The notes: generated by a model from the letters alone, not told the origin. Shown: positions 1-12,503, numbered from the stretch's first letter. The stretch is DNA of 62,884 nucleotides from Alphaproteobacteria bacterium (GCA_031415215.1 JANORH010000251.1:1-62884), one strand, 5' to 3'. Translations and numbers: made by a program.

Positions 1-2
1 TT

Positions 3-1154
3 GGGGTGTTGGTGTTATTTTTTGTTTCGGCGCTATTCGGTCGTCTCTGGTGTGGCTACGCATGTCCCCAGACCGTCTGGACCGACCTTTTCATCCATGT
101 GGAGCGCGCCTTCGAAGGCGATCGCAACGCGCGGATGCGACTGGATGCAGCACCCTGGTCTTTCAACAAGCTCTGGCGCAAGGCCGGCAAACACGCGGTC
201 TGGCTGGGCGTGGCGTTCGGTACCGGCGGGGCCTGGATTTTCTATTTCCACGATGCGCCGACCCTGCTGCCGGCCTTCTGGGCCGGCCAGGCACCGTTCA
301 CGGCCTATTTCTTCTGCGGACTGCTGACCGCCACGACCTATGTGTTCGCCGGCCACATGCGCGAACAGGTCTGCATCTACATGTGCCCCTGGCCGCGCAT
401 TCAGGGCGCGATGCTGGACGAGCATTCCCTGCAGGTCACCTACCGCGCTGATCGCGGTGAGCCGCGCGGGCCGCACAAGAAGTCCGAGGACTGGACCGGC
501 CGGGGCGACTGCATCGACTGCAACCAGTGCGTGGTGGTTTGCCCCATGGGCATCGACATCCGCAACGGCTCCCAACTGGAGTGCATCAACTGCGGCCTGT
601 GCATCGACGCCTGCGACGAGGTGATGGTCAAGGTGGACCGCCCCAAGGGTCTGATCGCTTATGATACCGACGCCGCCGTGGCCGCCCGCCAGCTCGGCAA
701 GCCCGCTGTCTACAAGTTCGTGCGGGCGCGGACGATCTACTACGGCGCGGCGCTTGTTCTGGTGTCGGGTCTGATGGTCTGGGGCCTGTCCACCCGCACG
801 ACCCTCGACCTGCACGCGCTCAGGGACCGTAACCCCACCTTTGTGCACCTGCAGGACGGGGCGATCCGCAACAGCTACACCCTGAAGATCGCCAACCGCA
901 GCTTCCAGCCGATGCGGCTTCAGGTGCGTTTTGCCGGCGTTCCGGGTGCCCGGCTCAGCCATCCTGGCGGCGCGGCCGACGCAGCACTCTATGTCACGGT
1001 CGCCCCGAACCAGGTCCAGTCGGCCCGGATGTTTGTGACGGTGCCCGCCAACGCCCTCAGTGCACCCAGTCTGCCCGCTACATTCGAAGTGAGCACGGGG
1101 TCGGCCACATCCGTGGCCGGGACGGTTTTTCTCTCGCCGGTGCCAACCCTGTGA
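3..1154 (+). CDS. fixG: Cytochrome c oxidase (cbb3) accessory protein FixG/CcoG, 5'-truncated by the window edge
   Basis: GRLWCGYACPQTVW, MREQVCIYMCPWPRIQ, and 4Fe-4S motifs CIDCNQCVVVCP and CINCGLCIDAC; first gene of fixGHIS order. Confidence 0.95.
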   Translation, partial: GVLVLFFVSALFGRLWCGYACPQTVWTDLFIHVERAFEGDRNARMRLDAAPWSFNKLWRKAGKHAVWLGVAFGTGGAWIFYFHDAPTLLPAFWAGQAPFTAYFFCGLLTATTYVFAGHMREQVCIYMCPWPRIQGAMLDEHSLQVTYRADRGEPRGPHKKSEDWTGRGDCIDCNQCVVVCPMGIDIRNGSQLECINCGLCIDACDEVMVKVDRPKGLIAYDTDAAVAARQLGKPAVYKFVRARTIYYGAALVLVSGLMVWGLSTRTTLDLHALRDRNPTFVHLQDGAIRNSYTLKIANRSFQPMRLQVRFAGVPGARLSHPGGAADAALYVTVAPNQVQSARMFVTVPANALSAPSLPATFEVSTGSATSVAGTVFLSPVPTL

Positions 1155-1645
1155 TGGACCGGATGCCCCAAGCTGCATCGACCGGATATCGGGTAAAGGG
1201 CTGGCATGTCGCCGCCGCGGTCACAGCGTTCTTCGCCGTGATCATCGCTGTAGACGTCAGTTTCGCGGTGATGGCCTATCTCACGCACCCCGGGCAGGTT
1301 TCGGTGACGCCCTACGAGGATGGCCTGCTCTATGATCGTCACATCGCCCAGCTGCGCAAACAGGCGCGCCTGGGCTGGAAGGCGACCGCAGAAGCGCGTC
1401 AAGGTGCGCTGATCCTGATCTACGCCGACAAGGGCGGACACCCCTTGAAGGGCCTGGCGGTCACCGCAACGCTGGAAAGGCCGGCAACCGGATCCGGGCG
1501 CTTTGCACCTTTGTTCCGGGAGACCCTCGCAGGTCAGTATGAGGCGTCGGTGACTGGGCTACGGGGGGCCTGGGACATGACCGCCGAAGCCAGAGCGGGT
1601 TCCAATGTCGTCTTTGTCGCCGAGCGGAGGCTGACATGGCCGTGA
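1154..1645 (+). CDS. fixH: FixH/CcoH family protein
   Basis: KGWHV plus a TM helix (FFAVIIAVD), size ~160 aa, lies between fixG and the P-type ATPase; ATG overlaps the fixG stop. Confidence 0.88.
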   Translation: MDRMPQAASTGYRVKGWHVAAAVTAFFAVIIAVDVSFAVMAYLTHPGQVSVTPYEDGLLYDRHIAQLRKQARLGWKATAEARQGALILIYADKGGHPLKGLAVTATLERPATGSGRFAPLFRETLAGQYEASVTGLRGAWDMTAEARAGSNVVFVAERRLTWP

Positions 1646-3789
1646 CCGCCATCGCTGTAAATAGGCCCGAGGCCGTTGCACCACGCGGTCATCTGGATCT
1701 TCTGGTCCCTGGCGCACGATGCGCGGCGTGCATGGGCAAGATAGAGCGCGGTCTGCTGGCCCTGCCAGACGTCACGTCGGCCCGTCTCAATCTGACCAAT
1801 CGCAAACTCAGCGTCGACTTCCGGCGCGCGACCTTCAATTCCGACCTGGTCGTCGCGACCCTGGCACGCATCGGATACCCATCAACGATCTATGATCCCG
1901 CCGCAGCAATTGCGGCTCATGACACCGAAGGCCGCCAATTGATCCTGGCCATGGCTGTCGCTGCGTTCGGCTCCATGAACGCCATGATGTTCTCGGTCCC
2001 GTTGTGGGCAGGACTGTTCGGACAGGAGCTGGGCCCCGCGACGGCCTCGCTGATGATGTGGTTCTCGGGAGCAGTGGGCGCGCCCTGCGCCATCTTTGCA
2101 GGCATGCCGTTCTTCCGGTCCGCGTGGAGATCATTGAAGTCCGGCCGCGCGAATATGGACGTGCCCATTTCGGTTGGTGTGCTGCTGACACTGGCCATCA
2201 GCGTCTCCGAGACCGTTCTTGGTGGCCGCGACGCCTATTTTGACGCGGCGGTCACGTTGCTGTTCTTGCTCTTGATCGGGCGATGGCTTGATCATCAGCT
2301 GCGCGGTCGGGCTCAAAGCGCGGCGGGTGATCTTCTGGCACTACAGGCCATCGTTGCGACCCGCCTGGACGCGGAGCAACGCTTCGCAGAAGTCCCGATC
2401 GGTGAGATCGTGCCCGGCGATATGCTGCTCGTCCGGCCGGGGGATCGAATTCCGGTCGACTGTTGGGTCGAGGATGGCGTCTCGGATATCGACAACAGCC
2501 TGCTGACCGGGGAAACCCTGCCGATAGCTGTGGGACCAGGACAGACTTGTCGTGCTGGTGGCTTAAGTCTGACAGGCGTCCTGCGGGTCACCGCAATGGC
2601 GCGCGCCGAGGACTCGGCCCTGGCAGCGATTGCGCGACTGGTTGAGGCCGGAGCACAGTCCAAATCGAAGTATGTTCGCATGGCCGACAAGGCCGCAGCG
2701 ATCTATGTGCCTGTCGTTCACACTGCGGCCGCGCTGACCTTTGCAGGCGGATGGGCCTTTGGGCTGGAGCCCCGCGAAGCGTTGATCCGCGCCGTAGCCG
2801 TGCTCATTATTACCTGTCCCTGTGCCTTGGGTCTTGCGGTGCCGGCCGTTCAGATCACGGCGTCAGCTCGCTTGTTCCGTCGGGGGATTCTGGTGAAGTC
2901 AGGCGCGGCGCTTGAGCGACTGGCTGAGATAGACCACGTGGTTTTCGACAAGACCGGCGTCCTGACCGAAGGACGGCCAAGGCTGGTGGATCCCATCGCG
3001 GCTGCTGTCGCTATGGCAGCCCCTCTGGCACGCGCTTCGCGCCACCCGCTGGCCCGGGCGCTAGCCGCCGAGGCCGGCGACGGGCCCATCGCCGACGCGG
3101 TGACGGAGACGCATGGCCAGGGTCTGGAAGGCCGCATCGGCGGGCGTCGCGCTCGCCTGGGTCGAGCAACCTATCTTGACCTAAAGTCCGACGCCGGGTC
3201 GGAAACCGAGCTCTGGTTCGGCTTCGACGGAGACACCAGAATCCGGTTCTTTTTCTCCGATCGCCTCCGGTCGGATGCACGCGCCACGGTGGATGCGCTT
3301 GTGGCGCGAGGTTTGACGGTCGAGATCCTGTCAGGGGACGTCCCCGGAGCCGTAGTTGCCGTGGCCCAGACGACGGGGATCGCGCGTTGGCGGGCGGGAG
3401 TTTTGCCGCAGGAAAAGGTCTCGGTGATGGAGACCCGTGCCCATGCTGGTCACAAGGTGCTGATGGTCGGCGACGGATTAAACGACACGGCCGCGCTGGC
3501 GAAGGCCCACGCTGCGATGGCTCCGGGCACCGCACTCGAAGCGAGTCAGAACGCGGCAGACCTGGTCTTTACCGGAGACAGCCTCCTGGCGGTAGTAGAG
3601 GCCATCGATATGGCCCGCAGCGCCAGGCGCCGGGCACTGGAAAATTTCGGCTTTGCCGCGCTGTACAACGCTATTGCCGCGCCGACTGCGATGCTGGGGC
3701 TCATCAATCCGTTCCTGGCGGCCCTGGCAATGTCCGGCTCGTCGCTGGTCGTCACGCTCAACGCGCTTCGCACCGGGGCACGTCGATGA
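1636..3789 (+). CDS. fixI: Cu-translocating P1B-type ATPase FixI/CcoI
   Basis: N-terminal CAAC metal motif, TGE, CPC, DKTG phosphorylation site, HP, GDGLND. Confidence 0.95.
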   Translation: MAVTAIAVNRPEAVAPRGHLDLLVPGARCAACMGKIERGLLALPDVTSARLNLTNRKLSVDFRRATFNSDLVVATLARIGYPSTIYDPAAAIAAHDTEGRQLILAMAVAAFGSMNAMMFSVPLWAGLFGQELGPATASLMMWFSGAVGAPCAIFAGMPFFRSAWRSLKSGRANMDVPISVGVLLTLAISVSETVLGGRDAYFDAAVTLLFLLLIGRWLDHQLRGRAQSAAGDLLALQAIVATRLDAEQRFAEVPIGEIVPGDMLLVRPGDRIPVDCWVEDGVSDIDNSLLTGETLPIAVGPGQTCRAGGLSLTGVLRVTAMARAEDSALAAIARLVEAGAQSKSKYVRMADKAAAIYVPVVHTAAALTFAGGWAFGLEPREALIRAVAVLIITCPCALGLAVPAVQITASARLFRRGILVKSGAALERLAEIDHVVFDKTGVLTEGRPRLVDPIAAAVAMAAPLARASRHPLARALAAEAGDGPIADAVTETHGQGLEGRIGGRRARLGRATYLDLKSDAGSETELWFGFDGDTRIRFFFSDRLRSDARATVDALVARGLTVEILSGDVPGAVVAVAQTTGIARWRAGVLPQEKVSVMETRAHAGHKVLMVGDGLNDTAALAKAHAAMAPGTALEASQNAADLVFTGDSLLAVVEAIDMARSARRRALENFGFAALYNAIAAPTAMLGLINPFLAALAMSGSSLVVTLNALRTGARR

Positions 3790-3947
3790 CCATCGTACTT
3801 CTTTTGGCGCCATTTTCCATCGCCCTTGGGCTACTCGCCGTCGGCGCGTTCTGGTGGACGCTAAAGGCCAATCAATACGACGATCCGGTCGGAGACGCAG
3901 AACGCATCCTGATCGACGATCCTGATGATCGGCCTGGTAGGGTCTGA
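3786..3947 (+). CDS. fixS: cbb3 oxidase assembly protein FixS/CcoS
   Basis: 53 aa MTIVLLLAPFSIALG...FWWTLKANQYDD...AERILIDD; ATGA overlap with the fixI stop. Confidence 0.92.
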   Translation: MTIVLLLAPFSIALGLLAVGAFWWTLKANQYDDPVGDAERILIDDPDDRPGRV

Positions 3948-3978
3948 CCTGAACGGAGGCACCTTACCGTTGCGCTGA

Positions 3979-6054
<2,076 letters not shown>

Positions 6055-6164
6055 TTGACGCCCCGCACCTACCCCATCCGCTAGGTTGACAGTCTCCCCG
6101 CTTGCCCGACGAGTGGCGGCTTGAACGCGTCGGTCCCTGGGGGACCCTACAAGAGGAACGCTGA

Positions 6165-7181
6165 ATGCAATCCGCTACCAACCGCCCGATCAACCGCAAG
6201 GTCGTTCTGGTCAAGCACGTTGAGGGCATGGTCGGCCCCGAACACTTCCGCTTCGAGGAGGAACCGGCGCGCGAGCCGAACGACGGCGAAGTGTTGGTCA
6301 AGGTGGATTCGATCTCTATCGATGCGTTCATCCGCACCAGCCTCAATGACGTTGAAGGCTTGCATACCCAGGTCAAGGTCGGCGGCACCGTCATCGCCCT
6401 TGGCGTGGGGCGGGTCATCGAGAGCAACGCCCCGGGCATCGCGGTCGGCGACGCCGTCTCCGGCCCCGTTTTTGCCCAGACCTACGCGACGATGCCGGCC
6501 GCAGTGTTCCAGAAGATCGATGACGCCCTGCCGCTGTCCACCTACCTCGGTGCCCTGGGCCTGACCACCGGTCTCACGGCCTATGTCGGCATCCGCTACG
6601 TTGGCGAGGTCAAGGCCGGCGAGACCGTTCTGGTGTCGGCGGCAGCGGGCGCGGTTGGATCGATCGTCGCCCAGATCGCGAAAATTCTGGGCGCCAAGGT
6701 GATCGGACTTGCCGGCGGGCCTGAAAAAGTCGCGTTCCTCACCGGCACCCTGGGCCTGGATGGGGCCATCGATTACAAGAACGAGGATGTCGCCGCACGG
6801 TTGAAAGCGCTGGCCCCCGAGGGCATCGACGTCTTCTTCGACAATGTGGGCGGCGAGGTACTGGATATCGCGCTGGACAACATCCGGGAACGGGGTCGGG
6901 TGGTTATCTGCGGGGCGATTTCCCAGTACAACGATCACCAGCATGTGCGCGGCCCGAGCCTCTACCTGCGTCTGGCCGAACGCTATGCGCGCATGGAAGG
7001 CTTCACCGTGATGCACTTCCCGCAGCACTTCGGCGAAGCCTCAGCCCAGATCATCCAGTGGATGAACGAAGGCAAGCTGACGATGCCCGAGCAGGTCGAG
7101 CACGGCATCGACGCCTTCCCCGCCGCGCTGCGAAAGCTCTTCGAGGGGCGCAACACCGGAAAAATGCTGGTCAAGCCCTGA
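6165..7181 (+). CDS. NADP-dependent oxidoreductase (MDR; prostaglandin reductase/CurA-like alkenal reductase)
   Basis: GLTAY, VSAAAGAVGS, FFDNVGG, CGAISQY, GRNTGK. Confidence 0.9.
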   Translation: MQSATNRPINRKVVLVKHVEGMVGPEHFRFEEEPAREPNDGEVLVKVDSISIDAFIRTSLNDVEGLHTQVKVGGTVIALGVGRVIESNAPGIAVGDAVSGPVFAQTYATMPAAVFQKIDDALPLSTYLGALGLTTGLTAYVGIRYVGEVKAGETVLVSAAAGAVGSIVAQIAKILGAKVIGLAGGPEKVAFLTGTLGLDGAIDYKNEDVAARLKALAPEGIDVFFDNVGGEVLDIALDNIRERGRVVICGAISQYNDHQHVRGPSLYLRLAERYARMEGFTVMHFPQHFGEASAQIIQWMNEGKLTMPEQVEHGIDAFPAALRKLFEGRNTGKMLVKP

Positions 7182-7234
7182 CGACCAGGCCGCTGAGCTG
7201 CGGTGACCGAGGCCATTCGCAAAAAGGAACCGCC

Positions 7235-7639
7235 ATGGGAGACTATGTCTATCCCGGCATCGTCAGCAGCCTGGCGCTGTTGGTATACTATTTCACCTTG
7301 CTGCGTTCAGGCATGGCGCGAGGCAGGTTCAAGGTCGAAGTCCCGTCACACAGCGGGCCACCGGAGTACGAGCGCTACGTACGCGCGCATCAGAATACGC
7401 TCGAGCATCTTGTGCTGTTCCTGCCGGGGCTGTGGCTGTTCTCCGTCGCCGTTGGCCCGCTCTGGGCGGCGGGCATCGGTATCCTCTGGCCCATCGGGCG
7501 ATTGTGGTACGCGCTCGGCTACACAACGGCGTCGGCGAAGCGAATGCCTGGCCTCCTGATGAGCATGCCGCCGATCTACATCTTCGTGCTCGGGTCACTG
7601 GCGGGCTTTGCGCTAAAGGCGCTCAACGTCATCGCCTGA
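7235..7639 (+). CDS. MAPEG family membrane protein (microsomal glutathione S-transferase-like)
   Basis: GPPEYERYVRAHQNTLE motif, GR..YALGY, hydrophobic helices; AAGGA upstream of ATG. Confidence 0.88.
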   Translation: MGDYVYPGIVSSLALLVYYFTLLRSGMARGRFKVEVPSHSGPPEYERYVRAHQNTLEHLVLFLPGLWLFSVAVGPLWAAGIGILWPIGRLWYALGYTTASAKRMPGLLMSMPPIYIFVLGSLAGFALKALNVIA

Positions 7640-7704
7640 CGCGCCTTGCCTTACCTAACGGCGGTTGGCTGATCGTCGCCACGACGCCTAACCACAGGAC
7701 ACTC

Positions 7705-8781
7705 ATGCCCACGCTCTTTGATCCCATTCGCCTTGGCGGCCTCGATCTGCCCAATCGCGTGCTCATGGCGCCCCTGACCCGCATGCGGGCCGACCCGGCG
7801 ACGCGGGCGCCCACCGAGCTGGTTGCAGAGCAGTACGCGCAACGCGCCTCCGCTGGCCTGATCTTCGCCGAGGCGACCTCGGTTGACCCGATGGGGGTCG
7901 GGTATGTTGGCACACCAGGCATCTGGTCGGACGTCCAGGTCGAGGCGTGGCGCCGGGTGACCAAGTCGGTCCATCGGGCGGGCGGGCGGATCGTCCTGCA
8001 GCTATGGCATGTGGGTCGTATCTCGGAGCCAGCCGTGCTGGATGGTGCGACGCCGATTTCCAGCAGCGCCATCGCCTGCAGCGGCTTCATCAGCCAGATG
8101 AAACCCAAACGCCCTTTCCCGACGCCGCGAGCGCTGGAGTTGAGTGAGATTCCAAAAATCATCGAAGGCTTCCGACGCGCAGCGGAAAACGCTCAGGTGG
8201 CCGGCTTTGACGGTGTCGAAATCCACGGTGCCAACGGCTACCTGCTCGACCAGTTTCTGCAGGACTCCTGCAACAGGCGCACGGACGCTTATGGCGGGTC
8301 TATCGAAAACCGCGCCCGACTGCACCTGGACATTTCGGACGCCTGCATTTCGGTGTGGGGCGCTGAACGTGTCGGTATGCACCTGGCACCGCGTGGCGAT
8401 GCGCAGGACATGGGAGACTCTGATCCTCGGGCGACGTTCACCCATCTGGCGCGTGAGCTGGCGAAGCGCGGAATTGGCTATCTTTTCCTGCGTGAACATG
8501 TTGGGCCAGATCGCCTGGCACCAGCGATCAAGGCGGCTTTCGGCGGCCCGGTGATCCTCAATGAGCAGTTCACGCTGGCGCAGTCCGTCGCCGATCTGGA
8601 CGCCGGGATTGCTGATGCAATCGCTTTTGGCCGCAACTTCATCGCCAACCCGGACCTGCCCGCACGACTGCGCCTGGGCGCGCCTCTGAACGACCTCAAC
8701 CCGGCCACGCTCTATCCGCCGGGACCGGCAGGTTATACGGACTATCCGACGATGGAAGTGGCTGAGGTGGCAACAGCCTGA
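7705..8781 (+). CDS. Old yellow enzyme family alkene reductase (NemA/XenB-like)
   Basis: PNRVLMAPLTRMR, QLWHVGR, EIHGANGYLLDQF, FGRNFIANPDL, GYTDYP. Confidence 0.92.
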   Translation: MPTLFDPIRLGGLDLPNRVLMAPLTRMRADPATRAPTELVAEQYAQRASAGLIFAEATSVDPMGVGYVGTPGIWSDVQVEAWRRVTKSVHRAGGRIVLQLWHVGRISEPAVLDGATPISSSAIACSGFISQMKPKRPFPTPRALELSEIPKIIEGFRRAAENAQVAGFDGVEIHGANGYLLDQFLQDSCNRRTDAYGGSIENRARLHLDISDACISVWGAERVGMHLAPRGDAQDMGDSDPRATFTHLARELAKRGIGYLFLREHVGPDRLAPAIKAAFGGPVILNEQFTLAQSVADLDAGIADAIAFGRNFIANPDLPARLRLGAPLNDLNPATLYPPGPAGYTDYPTMEVAEVATA

Positions 8782-8814
8782 GTTGACCGTGCCGGGCGTC
8801 CAAAGCCCGGAGAC

Positions 8815-9603
8815 TTACCGCCCGACGAATACCGCTGGCCGCCGTTCCAGGAATGCCGCCACGCCTTCCTTATGGTCGGCCGATTTGAAGCAGGCGCTCA
8901 AAACCTCGACGTGGGCCTCCATATGTTGGGCGACGTCGCGCTCCATGCCGCGCCACACCAGCTGTTTCATATGCCTGAGCGAGAACGGCGAGGAGGCCAG
9001 ATAGCCGCGGGCTTCCGCCATGGCGGTCTCCATCACCGCCTCGGGTGCGACGACCTCGGCTGCGTAGCCGATATCCTTGGCCTCGGCAGCCTCCAGAACG
9101 GCACCGGAGTACAACAGTCTTAGCGCCCGGTGTGGACCGATGATGCGCGGCAACAACCAGCTGCCCGCTCCTGTATCCGGCACCAGCCCGCGATGGGCGA
9201 AGTTCCAGGAAAACCGGCTCCGATCCGAAATGATCCTTACGTCGCATTGGCTGGAAAACTCGGCACCCATGCCGAAAGCGGCACCATCGATGGCCGCGAT
9301 GACTGGCTTCGGACACTGGACAATTGGCCACCACTTCTCGCCCTCGTCAGCGCGCCCGCGCACGCCGCGGGTCTCGCCCGGGATCGTCACCAGATCGGCC
9401 AAATCGGTCCCTGCGCAGAACGCGCCACCGCTTCCCGTGATGATCAACACACGGACCCGATCATCCGCTCCCGCCTCGCCGACGGATCGGATGAACTTGC
9501 CAAGCATGGCATAGGTCATTGCATTCCGTTTTTCCGGACGATCAATGGTGATGATGCCGATGCCGTCAGCGTCGATGTCATAACGAATGTGGCGCTCGGT
9601 CAT
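8815..9603 (-). CDS. Enoyl-CoA hydratase/isomerase (crotonase) family
   Basis: RPEKRNAM, AFCAGTDL, KPVIAAIDGAAFG, GLVPDTG, EGVAAFLERR. Confidence 0.92.
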   Translation of the reverse strand: MTERHIRYDIDADGIGIITIDRPEKRNAMTYAMLGKFIRSVGEAGADDRVRVLIITGSGGAFCAGTDLADLVTIPGETRGVRGRADEGEKWWPIVQCPKPVIAAIDGAAFGMGAEFSSQCDVRIISDRSRFSWNFAHRGLVPDTGAGSWLLPRIIGPHRALRLLYSGAVLEAAEAKDIGYAAEVVAPEAVMETAMAEARGYLASSPFSLRHMKQLVWRGMERDVAQHMEAHVEVLSACFKSADHKEGVAAFLERRPAVFVGR

Positions 9604-9665
9604 GATTTCCCTTCGGAGTATAGCTGTACGCCCACCAGCAAGGGGTGGGGCAGCCCGGGCCACGT

Positions 9666-9680
9666 CAAACTGACAGTTTG
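9666..9680. promoter_or_regulatory. Perfect palindrome CAAACTG-A-CAGTTTG, candidate operator in a divergent promoter
   Basis: 7-1-7 inverted repeat read directly, between the divergent crotonase and NmrA starts. Confidence 0.5.
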
Positions 9681-9809
9681 TTCAGATTATTCGCCTCCGA
9701 TTATTTACATCGTAAAACGTTCTGTGCAACACTTCATCTCAGGATCGTTGCAAGACGAACGACCCCCGGAATTTTCTGGGAAACGATCAAGGTATCCTGG
9801 GAGGTTCGC

Positions 9810-10742
9810 ATGGCGTCGGTAGTGGTGTTTGGAGCGGCAGGGCGTCAGGGGATGGCGCAGGTGCGGCAGCTGAAACGCGCCGGGCATGAGGTGCGGGCCA
9901 TCTCGCGGCGCGCGGACCCCTTCCTTGGCGAAGATTTTGGTGCGGTGGACATCCGCCCGGCGGATATCCGCGATGTGGATTCGCTTTCTGCCGTGATGGA
10001 GGGCGCCGACGCGGTTTTTTATACTCAGCCGATCCAGGCGCCTGTTGGCTTGGTCGAAGCGGTCACCCGCATCGGCGAGGCGGCGGTCAAGGCCAAGGTT
10101 AAGCGTGTGGTTTGGAACACGTCGAGCTGGATACCGGATCGGGCCGGCGAGTCCTTCAGCTACGCGGCCAACACCGCCGGCATCAACGCCCTTTGGCGGA
10201 CCGGCGCACCGGCGACAGTGTTCGGCTCGGTGCTGTTCATGGACAATTTGCTGACCAACTGGGCCTTCCCGTACATCGTCAGCGAGGGTCGCTTCGTCTA
10301 CCCGCACAAGCCGCATCTGGAGTGCAGCTGGATCAGCCTGGACGACGTGGCCAAGTTCATGATCGCCGCGATCGACCGGCCAGACCTGGAAGGTGCCTGG
10401 CTCAACATCGGCGGCCCCGAGATCCTGCACCCGCCGCAGGTGGCGGAAATCCTCTCCGAGGCCGTGGGCCGCCCGATCAAGTACGACCCCAGCACGCCCA
10501 AGCAGTTCGCCAAGAACCTGGGCGATGCGTTCGGCGATGAGATGTCGCCGGAGGCGCGCCAGGCGACGGAGGCGTTCATGGAAGCCTTCTATACCTTTAA
10601 CAACGAGGGGCCCCAGAAGGTGTTCAAGGTCGACATGGGTCCCGTGCTGGAGCGGATTCCGATCGAGATGGAAACCATGCGCCAGTGGGCCGCCCGTCAG
10701 GAGTGGCGGCTGACCAACAAGCCGAGGCCTCCGGCTGGCTAG
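9810..10742 (+). CDS. NmrA family NAD(P)-binding protein (copy 1)
   Basis: VFGAAGRQG Rossmann motif, FMDNL, SWISLDDVA, IGGPE; GGAGG RBS. Confidence 0.88.
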   Translation: MASVVVFGAAGRQGMAQVRQLKRAGHEVRAISRRADPFLGEDFGAVDIRPADIRDVDSLSAVMEGADAVFYTQPIQAPVGLVEAVTRIGEAAVKAKVKRVVWNTSSWIPDRAGESFSYAANTAGINALWRTGAPATVFGSVLFMDNLLTNWAFPYIVSEGRFVYPHKPHLECSWISLDDVAKFMIAAIDRPDLEGAWLNIGGPEILHPPQVAEILSEAVGRPIKYDPSTPKQFAKNLGDAFGDEMSPEARQATEAFMEAFYTFNNEGPQKVFKVDMGPVLERIPIEMETMRQWAARQEWRLTNKPRPPAG

Positions 10743-10830
10743 AGCCGGAGGCGCTCGGGCTCTTCGGCCCTGTGGCTGCGCTGAGGGCCGCGCCAACACC
10801 AATTCCGTTGACAAAAATGGAGATACCCGG

Positions 10831-12258
10831 GTGCGCATTTCCGAAATCGAAAATACCAAGGTTTCGTATTTTCAGGGCAACTTTGCTCCCGTACAGCAGG
10901 AGCACAACGAACCCTGTACGGAAGTCATCGGTTCAATTCCCGAGGCTTTGGCCGGGGCCTTTTTGCGCATCGGAGCGAACCCGGTCTTTGTGAACGACCC
11001 GGCATCCTATCACCCCTTTGCCGGTGATGGCATGATCCACGAAGTGACATTCGACCGGGGTAAGGCGCACTACATCAATCGCTTCGTCGAGACGGAGGGC
11101 CATCTCGCCGAGCAGGCGAAGGGTGACTTCATCTGGGACGGTCCGATGACCCCGCCGGAAGTCATCGCCGAGTACGGCCCAGGCAAGAATATCGCGAATA
11201 CAGCCATGATATTCCACGCCGGAAAATTCTTTGCCTTGCAGGAGGGCGCGCGTCCCTTTCAGGTGACCTTGCCGGATCTCAATCCTGTCGGTGAGACAGA
11301 CTACGATGGGCGCCTCAAGCACGCGTTCACGGCCCATCCCAAGATCGACCCGCGGACAGGCGAGCTGATCGCCTACGGCTACGACGTGATGAAGAAGCCG
11401 TACTGCGCAGTCTCGATCATCAACAAGGACGGAGAACTGGTCCACACGACCGGTGTGGACATCCCGCGCCCGATCATGATGCACGACTGCGCCATCACCG
11501 CCAACTTCACGGTTATTCTGGACCTGCCCGTCGTGTTCGATTTTGCACGCATGGCGCAAGGCAAGGGATTGCTGAATTTTGACGCGACGAACGGCGCCAG
11601 ATTGGGTGCTCTCGCGCGGGGCGCCAACGGCGAGACGACGAGGTGGTTCACGGTCAAGGATTGCTACTGCTACCACACGGTCAATGCCTTCGAAGAGGGC
11701 GATGAGATCGTCGTAGAGGGTTGCCGATCCGAGCGAAACAGCATCGGCGATGAGGTCAAGCCGGGCCCGGGAGATCGCAGCGACCTGCCGATGCTCTATC
11801 AATGGCGCCTGAACATGAAGACCGGCGGCGTCGAGGAACGGCTTCTGGATTCCGACTGGGGCTGTGAGTTCGCCCGCATCAATGAAGACTACATCGGCAT
11901 TCGCAATCAGTTCACCTATGCCGCCAGGATAGCTGGCGACAATCTGGAATCAGGCTTCGATGGCATCATCAAGTATGATCTCGTGAATGAAACCAGTGCA
12001 CACTACCCCTATGGTCCTGGTCGACTGGGTGGCGAGCCTATCTTTGCGCCAAACCCCGATGGCGTGAATGAGGAGGATGGCTGGGTCATCGGCTTTGTCT
12101 GGGACGAGCAGCAGCAACGCAGCGAGTGCATCATACTTGATGCGGCCCGTTTCGAGGACGGGCCTGTCGCCCGCGTCGTGATGCCTGCGCGCGTTCCCTT
12201 CGGGTTCCATTCTGCCTGGGTGGACCGTGATACGTGGGACCGTCAGCGGTCAGTTTGA
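10831..12258 (+). CDS. Carotenoid cleavage oxygenase family dioxygenase (copy 1)
   Basis: GNFAPV, GDGMIH, NTAMI, four Fe-ligand His (TAHPK, MMHD, YHTVN, PFGFH), EFARIN, GEPIF. Confidence 0.93.
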   Translation: MRISEIENTKVSYFQGNFAPVQQEHNEPCTEVIGSIPEALAGAFLRIGANPVFVNDPASYHPFAGDGMIHEVTFDRGKAHYINRFVETEGHLAEQAKGDFIWDGPMTPPEVIAEYGPGKNIANTAMIFHAGKFFALQEGARPFQVTLPDLNPVGETDYDGRLKHAFTAHPKIDPRTGELIAYGYDVMKKPYCAVSIINKDGELVHTTGVDIPRPIMMHDCAITANFTVILDLPVVFDFARMAQGKGLLNFDATNGARLGALARGANGETTRWFTVKDCYCYHTVNAFEEGDEIVVEGCRSERNSIGDEVKPGPGDRSDLPMLYQWRLNMKTGGVEERLLDSDWGCEFARINEDYIGIRNQFTYAARIAGDNLESGFDGIIKYDLVNETSAHYPYGPGRLGGEPIFAPNPDGVNEEDGWVIGFVWDEQQQRSECIILDAARFEDGPVARVVMPARVPFGFHSAWVDRDTWDRQRSV

Positions 12259-12503
12259 CAGCGCAGGACGACCGCTGACGGGTGCCATTTGGCGTGACCA
12301 GCATTCCGAAAGGTCGCGACACCCATATCAACCAGTGCTGTCGCATGCTCCGGATTCATCAGCCAGATCAACCCCGAAGCCTTTTACCAACGCCACGACC
12401 CCTGGCGTTACCGGGCAGCCAACGTTCGCACGCGCCCCAAACCGGCACTCACCACTCGCATGAGGGTTGAGTTCTTGGCGCCACATAAAGAAAACAAGTT
12501 AGT

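Noticed and set aside
10741-10790. Two imperfect GC hairpins between NmrA1 and CCO1
   Set aside because: No U-tract and imperfect stems; not distinguishable from chance in GC-rich DNA
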